Origin: Mobula hypostoma
Lineage: Eukaryota
NCBI RefSeq assembly: GCF_963921235.1
Contig: NC_086107.1
Location: 102,114,001-102,178,000, forward strand
DNA: 64,000 nucleotides
Direction of reading: 5' to 3'
Shown here in pieces: positions 36,501 through 47,612 of the stretch. A program made the position numbers and the translations under genes. Numbering within the stretch: the stretch's first letter is position 1; each line of letters begins with the position of its first letter. The notes under the pieces were generated by a model. The model was not told the DNA's origin. It was given only the letters and a program-made list of their open reading frames with translations, and ran no database searches.

Positions 36501-39320
36501 AGGAAACAAGCAATTAGGCCCAATCAGTCCGTGCCAGCCCCTCTTCTTTCCACCCTCCTGTAACCTAATGAAAACTGCATAGTTTAGGTCATTATGATTT
36601 TCTCTATTCCACTAGCCTTAGCCTTCCCCTGTCCAGTAAACGATGGAAACATACAAATACAGGAATAGGGTTAGGTCATTCAGCTCTTCAAGCCTATTTC
36701 ACCATTCAATATGACCATAATTGATCCTCCATTTCAAATCCACTCATTGCGCTTCCCCCATTCCCTGTTAATCCATTTGTGGCTAGAAACCCCTCTCTCA
36801 GTATCTTGGCCTCCACCACCTCCAGTCAATTCCACATGTTCACCATTCTGAGTGAAGAAACTTCTCCCCATTGGTGTGCACACTCACTAGGCAAAATGGC
36901 TTTCTAGGTATTTAAAATAAAACAAAACTTAATAGGTTTTGACATTTCTGCATTGTCCTTGAAGCAAATTGGTATTTTGTATTGATTGTCTAGGCTGTCC
37001 GCAAGTACTGCCCACACCATGTAGGACATTACCTTGGGATGGACGTTCATGACACACCAGACATCACACGCTCCATAGCACTGCAACCTGGCATGGTGGT
37101 GACCATCGAACCTGGTAAGAAAACTGCGACTAATGAACCTACAATTTAAAATTTTTCATTACAAGGTTATTGATTTCAAGACATTCCAGTTTTGATCCAA
37201 TTTTCACCCAAGGTTCAGATAGTCATGTTATAAATGTCAAATAGAAACATAGAAAACCTACAGCACAATACAGGCCCTTTGGCCTACAATGCTGTGCCAA
37301 ACATGTACGTACTTTAGAAATTACCTAGGGTTACCCATAGCCCTCTATTTTTCTAAGCTCCCTGTACCTTCAAGTTCACATTCTTTTAAAACACATAATC
37401 CTATTTGCCTGTTTATCTCTCAGTTTATCTCTTGGACTGTTTGCCTGACTTGTTTACAAGCTAAAGCACTGTTTGTAAAAAGTGTCTCGGCAAACTAGAA
37501 TGCATAAATCTCACATCGGAGTGTAGTGATACCCCTTCACTTTTCAGTGTCTTCATGTAACCTAACAGGATCAGTTTCGTACTCGGTGATAGAGAGATGT
37601 GAAAAGCCGAACAGGTTCCTGGACAGTGTGACCTCTGATGTGGCCTCATCCACATTGGAGAAGCTGAACACAGACAGGGTGATCACTTTGTGGAGCGAGC
37701 ACCTGCACTCAGTCCACAGGAGTGACCCTGAGCTTCCAGTCACTATGTACTTTAATTCACTATCCCACTCCCACTGTGACCTCTCCGTCTGTAATGTTAC
37801 GAGTTCAAACATAACCTCATTTACTTCTTCTGGGCATTAATGTAGCAGCCTTGAAGAACCAATATTGAATTCTCCAACTGCAGGTAAATTGCTCTTTCTT
37901 TCTGTTTATATCATGACTGGCCATTGGCCATTCCTCTTCCTCTCCCTGTTTTTTTTTAAATCTTTGTATTTTCTGTCCCACTCAGCAAATGCTACTAGGC
38001 CAGACTATACAACATCAACCTGACTTCACATTATTCTACAAAGAGCCTGTCTATTCAGCAACCATCATCCATCGTTTCACCACAGGACAGACACTCCCTA
38101 GGTTCCACCCATTACCTTCCGGCTCCTTCTCTGTTATCTAGACTACTATGCGCACATCTGCCCTCAGCCCCACCAGGGATAGTGTTCCCCTTGTCCTCAC
38201 CTACCAACCCAGAAGCCTCCACGTCCAGCACATAATTCTCTGTAACTTCTGCCATCTCCAACAGGATCCCACCACCAAGCACATCTTTCACTCCCCCCAC
38301 TTTCTCCTTTCCGCAGGGATTGCTCCCTATGAGACTCCTTTGACCACTCATCCTTTCTAGTACTTATCCTCGCAAGCAGAACAAGTGCTACGCCTGCCCC
38401 TACACCTCCTCCCCAAACAGTCCTTCCAGGTGAGGTATACTTCACCTGTGAGTCTGTTGGGGTCATCTACTATATCTGGTGCTCCCAGTGTGGTCTCATA
38501 TCGATGAGATTTGACGTAGAGTGGTAGACTGCTTCACCGACACCTACAACTCCACCCGCCAGAAGAAGTGGGATCTCACAGTAGCCATCCATTTCAATTC
38601 TACTTCCCATTCCCATTCTGACACATCAGTCTATGGCCTCTACTGCCATGATGAAGCCACACTCAGGTTGGAGGAGCAACACCTTATATTCCATCTGGAT
38701 AGTTTCCAACCTGATGGCATGAACATCAATTTCTCGAACTTCTGGTAATTGCCCTCCCCCCTTACCATTCCCCATACCTGTTTACCTCTCTCACCTTATC
38801 TCCTTACCTTCCCATTACCTCCTTCTAGTTCTCCTCCTCCTTCCCTTTCTTCCATGGTCTTCTACCCTCTCCGATCAGATTCCCCCTTCTCCAGCCATGT
38901 ATCTCTTTCAACTTCCCAACTCTTTACTTCACCCCCCTCCCCCTCTTCTGGTTTCACCTATCACCTACCACCTTGTACTTCTTCCTCCCTCCACCTTTTT
39001 ATTTTGACTTCTCTTTCTTTCCAGTCCTGAGGAAGGGTCTCAGCCCAAAATGTCGACTGTTTACTCTCTTCCATAGATGCTGCCGGTTTACTTGAAAGCT
39101 TGACCTTCCCTGTTTTACTGTTAAATTTCCTTTTGGTATCATTGTTCCCACCACAGGAATATATATCCCAGAACACGACACCTCAGCTCCGCCACGATTT
39201 CGGGGAATTGGGATTCGGATTGAGGACGATGTTTTGATAACAGATGAGGCACCCGTAATTCTTTCTGTAGACTGCCCGAAGGAATTGTCTGAAGTAGAAA
39301 AGATCATGAACTGCCGCTAA
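12490..39320 (+). CDS. XPNPEP3: XPNPEP3 (Xaa-Pro aminopeptidase 3, Icp55 orthologue), 10 coding exons joined, 1515 nt / 504 aa
   Basis: Exons join in frame through GT-AG introns: 12490-12547, 15309-15425, 18020-18427, 21778-21980, 25266-25328, 32311-32424, 33679-33764, 35546-35726, 36994-37114, 39157-39320. The M24B metal-ligand motifs [28 protein letters not shown] and RIEDD are all intact. Confidence 0.95.
13694..13967 (-). mobile_element. tRNA-derived V-SINE (HE1-like), nested in a LINE 3' tail (~13636-14180)
   Basis: Minus strand shows a box B GGTTCAATTCC, a V-domain GGAGTTTGTATGTTCTCCCTGTGACC...TCCTCCGGGTGCTCTGGTTTCCTCCCA, and a CR1-like 3' tail. Confidence 0.8.
15309..15425 (+). CDS. 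XPNPEP3: XPNPEP3 exon 2
   Basis: ttctttag| [40 protein letters not shown] |gttagt; matches human [18 protein letters not shown]; 117 nt. Confidence 0.93.
15646..15963. mobile_element. Solo LTR
   Basis: TG...CA ends with inverted termini tgtagcagc/gctcctaca; perfect 5-bp TSD ccagg (15641-15645 and 15964-15968). Confidence 0.75.
16139..17160 (+). mobile_element. Young 5'-truncated CR1 LINE (RT C-terminal half and 3' tail)
   Basis: [20 protein letters not shown]...KFADDTKL...[13 protein letters not shown]; ttctatgt tail. Confidence 0.95.
17575..17990 (-). mobile_element. PLE 3'UTR fragment with a deleted hammerhead, abutting the exon 3 acceptor
   Basis: cacacaaaatgctggaggaactcagcaggccaggcagcatc...cagtcgacatttcg...ccattactggaagttc. 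Confidence 0.75.
18020..18427 (+). CDS. XPNPEP3: XPNPEP3 exon 3 (aminopeptidase P N-terminal domain)
   Basis: cattcacag| [18 protein letters not shown]...[12 protein letters not shown]...ELWDGPRSG...QKFK |gttggt; 408 nt. Confidence 0.96.
18726..19433 (-). mobile_element. CR1 LINE 3' fragment (second subfamily)
   Basis: ORF 18811-19398: [16 protein letters not shown]...[13 protein letters not shown]...NFFTQRVV. Confidence 0.93.
20278..20520 (+). mobile_element. V-SINE (HE1-like), diverged
   Basis: tRNA-like head ggcaccgtggtaacatagcggttggc, decayed V-domain, and aaataaa tail. Confidence 0.6.
20880..21600 (+). mobile_element. Degenerate CR1 ORF2 fragment
   Basis: [17 protein letters not shown]...VQRDL, followed by a CR1 tail ttatggtctt. 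Confidence 0.75.
21778..21980 (+). CDS. XPNPEP3: XPNPEP3 exon 4
   Basis: tcttcag| DEGWMLWYD...[22 protein letters not shown] |gtaggc; 203 nt. Confidence 0.95.
22973..23595 (-). mobile_element. Non-autonomous LINE-derived element (~620 bp), copy 1
   Basis: Full-length match to 49600-50220; GC-rich head, with AATAAA and a short-repeat tail on the minus strand. Confidence 0.75.
24655..25235 (+). mobile_element. V-SINE split by a hAT-type MITE (24771-25090)
   Basis: The SINE head and V-domain break at cctccaga and resume at cctccggg (8-bp TSD with 2 mismatches); MITE TIRs caatgttcc/ggaacattg. Confidence 0.75.
25266..25328 (+). CDS. XPNPEP3: XPNPEP3 exon 5
   Basis: tttccag| [21 protein letters not shown] |gtaagc; 63 nt (human AFIETMFTSKAPVEEAFLYAK). 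Confidence 0.94.
26050..27160 (-). mobile_element. Rex1/Babar LINE RT and 3' fragment
   Basis: ORF 26587-26979: APQNGVLS...[13 protein letters not shown]...[15 protein letters not shown]. Confidence 0.85.
28130..28940 (-). mobile_element. Degenerate CR1 fragment
   Basis: [26 protein letters not shown]. Confidence 0.7.
28968..29452 (+). mobile_element. PLE 3' end with a mutated hammerhead (~29316-29351)
   Basis: [22 protein letters not shown], a pyrimidine-rich UTR, and agtcccgatgaagggtctcggcctgaaacattgact. Confidence 0.8.
29953..30022. repeat. (CT)n/(CCCTCT)n microsatellite
   Basis: Directly visible. Confidence 0.9.
30476..30998 (+). mobile_element. Young Rex1/Babar LINE 3' end
   Basis: [22 protein letters not shown]...[15 protein letters not shown]; aataaa followed by a (tatgac)n tail; near-identical to 52181-52802. 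Confidence 0.88.
31930..32185 (-). mobile_element. CR1 3' tail (same family at ~37241-37370)
   Basis: aacatagaaaaccta...aggcccttcggcccacaatgctgtg...ttacccatagccctct is shared by both copies. Confidence 0.7.
32311..32424 (+). CDS. XPNPEP3: XPNPEP3 exon 6
   Basis: attgcag| [38 protein letters not shown] |gtaatg; 114 nt. Confidence 0.96.
33679..33764 (+). CDS. XPNPEP3: XPNPEP3 exon 7
   Basis: ttttccag| [28 protein letters not shown](R) |gtgaga; 86 nt; carries the two Asp metal ligands. Confidence 0.96.
35546..35726 (+). CDS. XPNPEP3: XPNPEP3 exon 8
   Basis: gttgcag| [33 protein letters not shown]...[18 protein letters not shown] |gtaagt; 181 nt. Confidence 0.95.
36994..37114 (+). CDS. XPNPEP3: XPNPEP3 exon 9
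   Basis: tgtctag| [40 protein letters not shown](G) |gtaaga; 121 nt. Confidence 0.97.
37590..39085 (+). mobile_element. PLE fragments (older piece 37590-37890; RT end, GIY-YIG and 3'UTR at 38130-39085)
   Basis: [19 protein letters not shown]; [14 protein letters not shown]...[26 protein letters not shown]; mutated hammerhead at ~39023-39058. Confidence 0.82.
39157..39320 (+). CDS. XPNPEP3: XPNPEP3 exon 10 (last coding exon)
   Basis: ccacag| [54 protein letters not shown] (TAA at 39318-39320). Confidence 0.96.
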
Positions 39321-39553
39321 CAAGCAGATGATGGAAACCTCATCAACTTAGGCTTTGGTAATCAGGGGAGTGACAGAGAAGGTCACAAGCAAATCAAGTA
39401 ACTCTGCTCAGTTAGTGATGGCTGTATAAAATGTGAGGATGCCATCAGCTTACAATGTGTCAGTCTGTCTTAGTATGGAAGCCCACAATAGTATTTATAC
39501 TCCAAGATAGTTACATGCAAAGGCATGAATTCCGTGCACCAAACCATTTTTTG

Positions 39554-39734
39554 ACTGAAATTGAGAACTTTTTTTCATATACATGGACAGGAATATTTTC
39601 CATACAAGCAACCTGTTTACATATAGCTATAAATGATAAAGGGATCAAACTATCATCTGGTACCCACATGGACGATGAAGACTCTTGCCTATTTTGTGGA
39701 GAACTGGTGCCTCTGATTCCTGTCAGAGGTCAGC
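39554..39734 (+). repeat. XPNPEP3 3'UTR segment duplicated at 41251-41437
   Basis: Direct alignment by eye: about 5 substitutions plus an indel in the T/C run. Confidence 0.92.
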
Positions 39735-40750
39735 TGGCACTTAGATGAGTGACATGAATCACCTCTTCGGGATAAGTTCTTTGTAAAGAATTTTGGAAAC
39801 AATTCACTGATAATATCGGTTTCCATTAATGTCTGAACTTCCCAGATTTTAAATATTCAGAACCTGAATAATGTAAGTGCTGGGCATCTGATTTAAAATC
39901 CATAAAGTGCTGGAAATACTCCACAGGTCAGACAACCACTGTGGTGTTACAATTAACAAGAAGTTCTGGTATAAGTCATTGATGTGAAATATTACTTGTT
40001 ACCTCGCCTTATTAGTCTGTCACAGATTTATATTAGTGTAATAATTCAACACGCCTTACCTCAGACTATTAGTCTGTATCAGTAGTACAACTTCACATCT
40101 GTGTGTTAATTAACATAGTATTTATTGCATAATTGAGTTTCTGAACACTTTTACATTACGGTAACTTCTACAGAGCAAATGTAATGTTGCAGTTAATATG
40201 AAAATGATATTATAATTTTATTGGTGAATTTCATTCAGAAATCACAAATGTTAAATTTGAATGACTTATACATTTGTGATTATTTTTCTTTCTGCATAAT
40301 GGAGGGCAAGTCCATTTTAAAGTAAATCTGCTCCCTTCTGCGTTCCCTGACTCTTCCTCTATTCGTAGCTGGGAAGATAGACGAATCTACATCTTCAGTA
40401 ATACTGGAGAGATGGGGGTAATTCTCCTGGCTGTATTGCACCCACCACCTACTCCAGTCAGTACACCTTTGCACATCGTAAGTTCTCTTGGGGACAGCTC
40501 ATTGTAGTCTGACATCCAGTCATACAACACAAACAAATTTTTCAGCCACCATGCCTATGCTGATTTTTAAGTGTCCGTCCGCTTACCTACACTTAGCACA
40601 AAGCTTCTGCGCTTTGGCACTTCAAATGCTTATTTAGGTAGTACTTAAATGTTATGAAAGTACCTGCTTCTGCCACCCCTTCAGGCAACGAGTTCCAGAT
40701 TCTCTGCACTCTGATTTTAGATACCTCAGCAATGGGAAAACATTATTCTT

Positions 40751-40888
40751 GAAAAAGGATCTAGTGCTTTCCTGGCGTATATGACGAATAAACTCTCGGG
40801 CTTCCAGACCAGTACAGATATCGTTTATATCGGTTGTAATCAAGACCTGTACCCAGCTGGAAGCCCGAGAAGAGTTTATTCGTCATAT
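40751..40888. mobile_element. Tiny fold-back insertion, probably from a second PLE family
   Basis: Inverted arms atatgacgaataaactctcgggcttccag (40779-40807) and ctggaagcccgagaagagtttattcgtcatat (40857-40888); they resemble PLE terminal sequence. Confidence 0.6.
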
Positions 40889-41036
40889 TATTATCTGTTT
40901 CTTACTTTTTTTAAAAATTTTTTTGCCCGAGGAGTGACTTAGACCCACTCCAATTTGTCTACTGTCAGCAAATCAACAGCATATGCCATTTCACTTACTC
41001 TTCACTCTATGCTGGAATTTCTGGATAGTGAAGATA

Positions 41037-41252
41037 GACAATAGGTGCAGGAGTAGGCCATTTGGCCCTTCGAGCCAGCACCGCCATTCACTGTGATCAT
41101 GGCTGATCATCCACAATCTGTATCCAGTTCCTGCCTTATCCCCATAATCTTTGATTCCACTATCTTTAAGAGCTCTATCCATCTCTTTTTTTGAAAGCAT
41201 CCAGAGACTTGGCCTCCACAGCCTTCTGGGGCAGAGCATTCGATACATCCAC
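41037..41252 (-). mobile_element. 5'-truncated CR1 3' end (same subfamily as 18726-19433)
   Basis: Near-identical to 18731-18943. Confidence 0.88.
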
Positions 41253-41440
41253 TGAAATTGAGAACTTTTTTTTCCCCCCATATAAATGGACAGGAATATT
41301 TTCCATACAAGCAACCTGTTTACATATAGCTATAAATGATAAAGGGATCAAGCTATCATCTGGTACCCGCATGGACGATGAAGACTCTTGACTATTTTGT
41401 GGAGAACTGGTGCCTCTGATTCTTGTCAGAGGTCAGCCGA

Positions 41441-41935
41441 CAGATGCATATATCGGGATGCTTTTTGTTGACTGCAGCTCTTTATTCAACACTATCACAC
41501 CTCAGAACTAACCAATAAGGTCCAAGACCCAGGCCTCGATATTTCCTCGTGCAACTCGATCTTCAGTTTTCTTGCTCCCAGTTTGGATTGGCAACGACAT
41601 CTCCACGATCACCATCAGCACAGGTACACTCCAAAGCCATATGCTTTATACTTATGACTGCGAGGCTAAGCACAGCTCCAATACCATATTTTAATTTGCT
41701 GACAACACCACTGTTGTTGGCCGAATCAAAGGAGGCGACAAATTGGCACATAGGAGGAAGAATGAAAATTGGGGTGAATGGTGCCACAACAGCAACATCT
41801 CACTCAACATCAGCAGAACTGAAGAGCTGATTATAGATTTCAGGAGGAAGAAACCAGAGATCCACGAGCCAGTCCTCATTAGAGAACTGGAGGTGGAGAG
41901 GGTCAATAACTTTAAGTTCCTTAGTGTTATTATTT
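41441..41935 (+). mobile_element. Rex1/Babar RT fragment
   Basis: GMLFVDCSSLFNT...NLLTTP...LNISRTEELIIDFRRK...FKFLSV. Confidence 0.8.
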
Positions 41936-42549
41936 GCACCCTCACTCTGACGGGTGAGTAACTTCTTTATTTGTGCCAAACGACAGTTTTGTGTGGAATT
42001 GTTAAGGATTACTAGAAGAATCCTTAAAAATTGTAACAAGTTACAAGATGTCTGCTATAAGCAACAATATTTTTATGACATAGCATATAATGCTGCCAAT
42101 TATTACCTCTGAAACCTGAAGGATCTCCCTTTTTTTCTTTTCTGTTTTTACCACCATGAATCTCTTTCAGCTGGGTATATAGTAAAATTTAATTTTGCCT
42201 TTGTCATGAGGCTGTAAACTCTGCATTGCTGGTCCAAGTATAAAATCAGAGATTAGGGATTTGTTGGATCACTCTGGTCTCACTATGCCTCCTGGTCTGT
42301 TAACACTGTGGTTTTAAAAATTTTGAGACATATGGTGATTTCTTCCATTCATGCAACCCTTCAAGATCACTTCCTAAGTTATGACCTCAGCACCCCATGA
42401 TTAATGACTCTGCCTTCAGCTGCCTAGACCGCAAGCTCTAAAATTTCCCGTGAACTTCTCCACGACTCCCTTAAGTTGCTTCTTTGAATGTGTCTCCCTG
42501 ATCAGGTTTTTCTCACTTGCTTTTAATATGATGTTTCAACAGAGCGTTT

Positions 42550-43490
42550 TCAAAGTACAAAGTAAATTTATTATCAAAATACATATATGTCACCATATAC
42601 AAAGCTGAGATTTGTTTTCTTGCAGGCATACTCAGTAAATGCAAGAACCATAATAGATTCAATGAAAGACTGCCAACAGGGCGGACAAACAACCAATGTG
42701 CAAGAGACAACAAACTCTGCAAAAATACAAAAGAGAATGAGTAAATAAGCAATAAATACTGAGAACATGAAAGAGTTCTTTAAGTGCATGGGTTGTGGGA
42801 ACATTTCAGTGATGGAGCAAGTGAAGTTGAATGAAATTGTCAAGTCAAGTCAAAGTCAGATTGCTTTTATTGTCATTTCGACCATAATTGCTGGTACAGT
42901 ACACAGTAAAAATGAAACAATGTTCCTCCAGGACCATGGTGCTACATGAAACAACACAAAATTACACTAGACTACATGAAACAAGTCTGGTTCAAGACTT
43001 ATCCCCACCGGTTCAAGACACTGATGGCTGGGTGGTAATAACTGTTCCTGAAGCTGGTAGTGAGAGTCCTTAGGCTCCTGTACCTTCTTCCTAATAATGG
43101 AAACAGTGAGAAGACAGCATGTCCTAGATTATGGAGATCTCTGATAATGGATGCTGCTTTCCTGCAACAGCGCTATGAGTAAACGTCTTTAATGGAGGGG
43201 AGGGATTTACCCATGATAGACTGGGCCATAACCACTACTTCTTGTAGGATTTTCTGTTCAAAGGCATTGGTGTTTTCATACCAGGCTGTGATGCAGCCAG
43301 TTGATACACTCTCCACCGTGCATGTACAGAAGTTTGTCAAAGTATTGGATGTCACACTGAATCTTCACAAACTTCTGAGGAAGTAGAGGTGCTGCCATAC
43401 TTTCTTTATATTTGCACTTACGTGCTAGGGCCAGAACAGGTCCTCTTAAATGATAACACCGAGGAATTTGAAGTTGCTGACCCTCTCCAC
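42550..43490 (-). mobile_element. Rex1/Babar 3' fragment with a nested tail
   Basis: TLTNFCTCTVESVSTGCITAWY; the 3' tail is shared with ~13636-14180 and ~22160-22350. Confidence 0.75.
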
Positions 43491-44074
43491 ATTATCTGAA
43501 TACTAATTATGCAGAAGTAAAGTGCAGGATTCATTGTATTTGATCTATCTGCTGAGGTGTTCTAGAGATGAAATGAAGCCATCTGTGTTCAACTCCTCTC
43601 TATCAATGAAGCATTACATTCTGGCATATTGCCAAGGCCACACACACACACCCCTCCCCCCCCTTAAATAGAGCCCTGGGATTAAGGTTGATTTCCTTTG
43701 TCTCTAGTTTTTGCTTTTAACATTGTCTAATGAAGCCAGAGTGGAAGTTGCAGACTTTTCCACAGACACTAGATAGTTTGTGAGGTAGTGTGTTCCATCT
43801 ACACTTCTTGCACGACTACTATGGTCTGGATGGATGGACTAGAGGTTCTTGATACCATGCTGAATGCTCCTTCTCTGCACAGCCGTGGGCCAGCTGTTCT
43901 CAGGAGTTATTAGGATATGGAGATATTGCAGTTCTTCAAGGAGGCATTTTGTATATTCTTGAATCTTATTCTCCATTCACCTGCTAAACTCATCCCATAA
44001 CTGAATACCAAAACAGTTTCTGTTTTTCGAGTCTGGAGTCAGGCATACCTGAAGATCTTTCTTTCTTGCTTGCT

Positions 44075-44328
44075 TGCTTACTGGGATATAGTGTGGAATA
44101 AGCCCTTCGGCCCTTTAAGAGGTGCTGCCCAGAACCCTAGCCTAATCATGGGACAATTAACCTACCAGCCAGTATGTCTTTGGATCATGGAAGTAAACCA
44201 GAGCACCTGGAGGAAACCCACACGGTCATGAGGAGAACGTACAAACTCCCTTCAGACAGCGACAGAAATGAACCCAGGTCACTCGTACTGTAAAGCATTA
44301 TGCTAACCACTACACTACCATGCCGCCA
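44075..44328 (-). mobile_element. V-SINE (HE1-like)
   Basis: Same layout as 13694-13967. Confidence 0.78.
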
Positions 44329-45104
44329 TTAACTGAGATTTACAATGATCAAACATACACATTTCACTATATTTCAGTGTACATTGATAAATAAATCAAT
44401 AAATTGAATCTGACATCTGAGGCCATGATCTTCAAATATAGTCTTCCTCACTTGCTGACATTTCAAAGGTGAGGATGGATTTCATCATTTGCTTTCACTG
44501 AGAAGTTTCTTGACATACAGTATGGGAAAGAGTCAATGTCTTTCAGGATCACACCATGTTGCAGATAACACCATGCAGCAGGGGTACATTTGTGGATGTT
44601 GAGTGGAAAACCAAGACAACAATGATTTGAAGCTCAGTCTCTGAGTGTACACAACACAACTACTGAGATGATCTTGGTTCTGGAGTGTAGAATATATTCA
44701 TAGATTGAGTGGTCTTCCACCAGGTCTGAAGATCGACTCTGTTGTAGATCCACTGGTCAGGATTGTGGCTTACATGAGCTCATGAAGGCAAAAAATTCAA
44801 GGGCAGCTGAATGTGGGGAGACCAAGAAAATCCTATCACAACTACTAGGCCCAGACTTGCTATCATTCCCAAACAGCAAGAAATTGAAAAGCCCATATCC
44901 CAACAGAAAAGATGATAAATCCTCATGAGCTTGGCTGTGAAGAATTTCAGCTATGAATACACAATTTCATTGTCCACATCTATGAGGATAGTGATCTATC
45001 AGGTCACAGATCTGAAACATTGGCTGTTTCACTTTCCACAGATGCTGCCTGACTTGTTGAGTGTTTCCAGCATCTTCTGTTTTTGTTTCAGATTTACAGC
45101 ATCT

Positions 45105-45630
45105 TGTCAGGTTCTGTCAGGTTTCAGTGGGACTCAAGTGCAGACCAATGAATACTCTTTCACCAGGATTTATTAGGGAGCACAAAGGCAACAGTCTTTC
45201 AAAAACAGAAGGCAGGCACAAATCCAAAATGGCAGGCAGAGGTCTTACCCGGAAAGGCAGTCAGGCAAGGGCAGACAATCCAGAGCGCACAGGCAAAAAT
45301 CAGGTCCAAGAGCAGGCAAAGTCCAAAACACAGAATCATGCAAAATCAGTTGGCAGAAGTCGCAATGACAGGCTAAAACAACACAGGTCAGAACTGGGAC
45401 AAACTGGCAGAGAATGCTAGTCAAGGCAGGGTTTAAATGGACAGGGTAATGCGTGAAAATTAGAAACAGGTGGGTGCAAATGAGGAGGCAAGCAGGTAAT
45501 TGGAGGAAGTCCAAAAAGGGAAGGGGCTGGACCAGAACCCACATGGCCAGGTGAAAGAAAACAGAAATTAAAGACTGTCGTGATCCAGAGCTACCGGCAG
45601 AGGCCCAGTGTTCAGGCCGGATCCCTAACA
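45105..45630. mobile_element. Solo LTR (Gypsy-like)
   Basis: tgtcagg...ccctaaca termini; perfect 5-bp TSD catct (45100-45104 and 45631-45635). Confidence 0.8.
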
Positions 45631-45966
45631 CATCTGCTGCTACTGTGATTTCCGGGATATGGTAGGGGATCTCAGAGATGCCATATTTAATTCCAACTTT
45701 AAGAAAGATGGCCAATGACTACGTAGGAGCCTTCTTTATATCTGCCATGGGGAAAGTTATTGCCAGGGTCCTCCTCATCTGCCCTCCTCCTTTTGTCCTA
45801 ACAGCTAATCTCAAATCACAGTGTCGATTCTGTCCAACTACTGCCACAATGTACGCGATCTTCATTATGAGAACTCCAAGAGCAATGAGGAGAACAGTAC
45901 CAACCAGTGTATGTAACCATTCTCAATCTCATTAAAGCCTTCAGTAGTTGGTATCAGTGTCACATA

Positions 45967-46514
45967 CACTGAGTGGCCACTCAGCACCTCCTGTACCCAA
46001 TAAAGATGCCTCCTGAGTGTGGGTTCATGGAGCTCTGCTGCTGTAGCCCAACCCCTTCTAGGTTCGACGTGTTGTGTATTCTTCTGAACACCACTGTTAT
46101 AATGTGTAGTTATCTGAGCTACTGCCATCTTCCTGTCATCTTGAGCCAGTCTGGCCGCCCTCTGACCTCTCATTAACAAGGTGTCTCGCCCACAGAACTG
46201 CCACTCACTGGATGTCTCTCTTTTCGCGCCATTCTCTGTAAAGTCTCGAGACTGTTGTGCGTGAAAATCCCAGGTGATCAGCAGTTTCTGAGATACGCAA
46301 ACCACCCCGTCTGGCACCAAAGACACATTCCACAGTCAAAGTCACTTAGATCACATTTCTTCCCCATTCTGATGTTTGGTCTGAACAACAGCTGAACCTC
46401 TTGACCATGTCTGCATGCTTTTATGCATTGAGTTGCTGCCACATGACCGGCTGATTAGATATTTGCATTATCGAGCAGCTGTACAGGTGTACCTAATAAA
46501 GTGGCCACTGAGTG
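45967..46514 (-). mobile_element. Internally deleted Tc1-like element
   Basis: TIRs cactgagtggccact/agtggccactgagtg with TA on both flanks; minus-strand transposase N-terminal remnant. Confidence 0.85.
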
Positions 46515-47499
46515 TATGCTGAGATACAGTGAAAAACTTTCAGCTGCATGCCATTCAGGCTGATCACTCGCTAAACATTAGTACATTGTGGTTGTTGAAA
46601 AAATGCAGAATATACTGTCACAGAAAAAGCAAGAGCCATGATAAAGTAAACAGAGATTAAGAGTTCATTTTTATTATATAAGAGGTCTGCCCAAGATCCA
46701 GGTGACATATTTTCAAGTTTTTATGTCTTCTACATGATGGAAGGGGGAAAAGGGAGAATGACAGCAGCGAGAAGGGTACTTCATCATGTTGGCTGCCTTC
46801 CTGCGAGATCAGGAAATATAGACACAGTCTTTGGAAGGGAGACTGGTTTTTTGGGATGGGATAGGCTAGGCTTGTTCATAACTCTTTCCAGTTCCTTGTG
46901 GTATTGGGTAGAATAGTTGTCATACCAAGCTATGATGCATTCTATGGTGCATCTGTTAAAATTAGTGTGAGTGAGTGGCAGCTCACTGAATTACACTCGC
47001 CTGCCAAGAAACTAGAGACACTTTATTGGCCATGGTTTCAAAATAACTGGGTTAGGACAAATTATTGGTGACGTTTATACCTAGGAACTTGAAGCTCCCA
47101 ATCATCTCCACCTCTGCATTGTTAAATACGGACAGGGGCATATATCTCTGCCCTACTTCCTGAAGACAGTGACCAGATCTTTTCTTTCACTGACACTGAG
47201 GGAGAGAGGTTGTTACCCTGACACCATGACATCAAGCTCTCTGCCTGAGATCCAGCCCCCTGCGGTGGTGTCATCTGCAAACTTGAAAATGGAGTTAGAG
47301 CAGAATATCTGGCCACATAGTCGCAAATGTAAAGGACTGAGGACACAGCTTTGTGATGCACTCGTGTTCTGAATAATCAGGGAAGAGGAGTTGTTATCCT
47401 AGATCAGCAGTTCACAACCTGGAGTCCACGGACCCCTTGGTTAATCGTAGGGGTCCATGGCATAAAAAACGGTTGGGAACCCCTAGACTGACCGCTTAA

Positions 47500-47612
47500 G
47501 TAAATAAATCAATCAATCAATCAATAAAGAAAGAAAGAAAGAAAGAAAGGTAATTTGTTTCAGACAGTGATTGGTCATCATCTGGAATTCACTGAATGAA
47601 TGAATGAATGAA
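47500..47612. repeat. Short tandem repeats (TCAA)n, (AAAG)n, (TGAA)n
   Basis: Directly visible. Confidence 0.85.
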
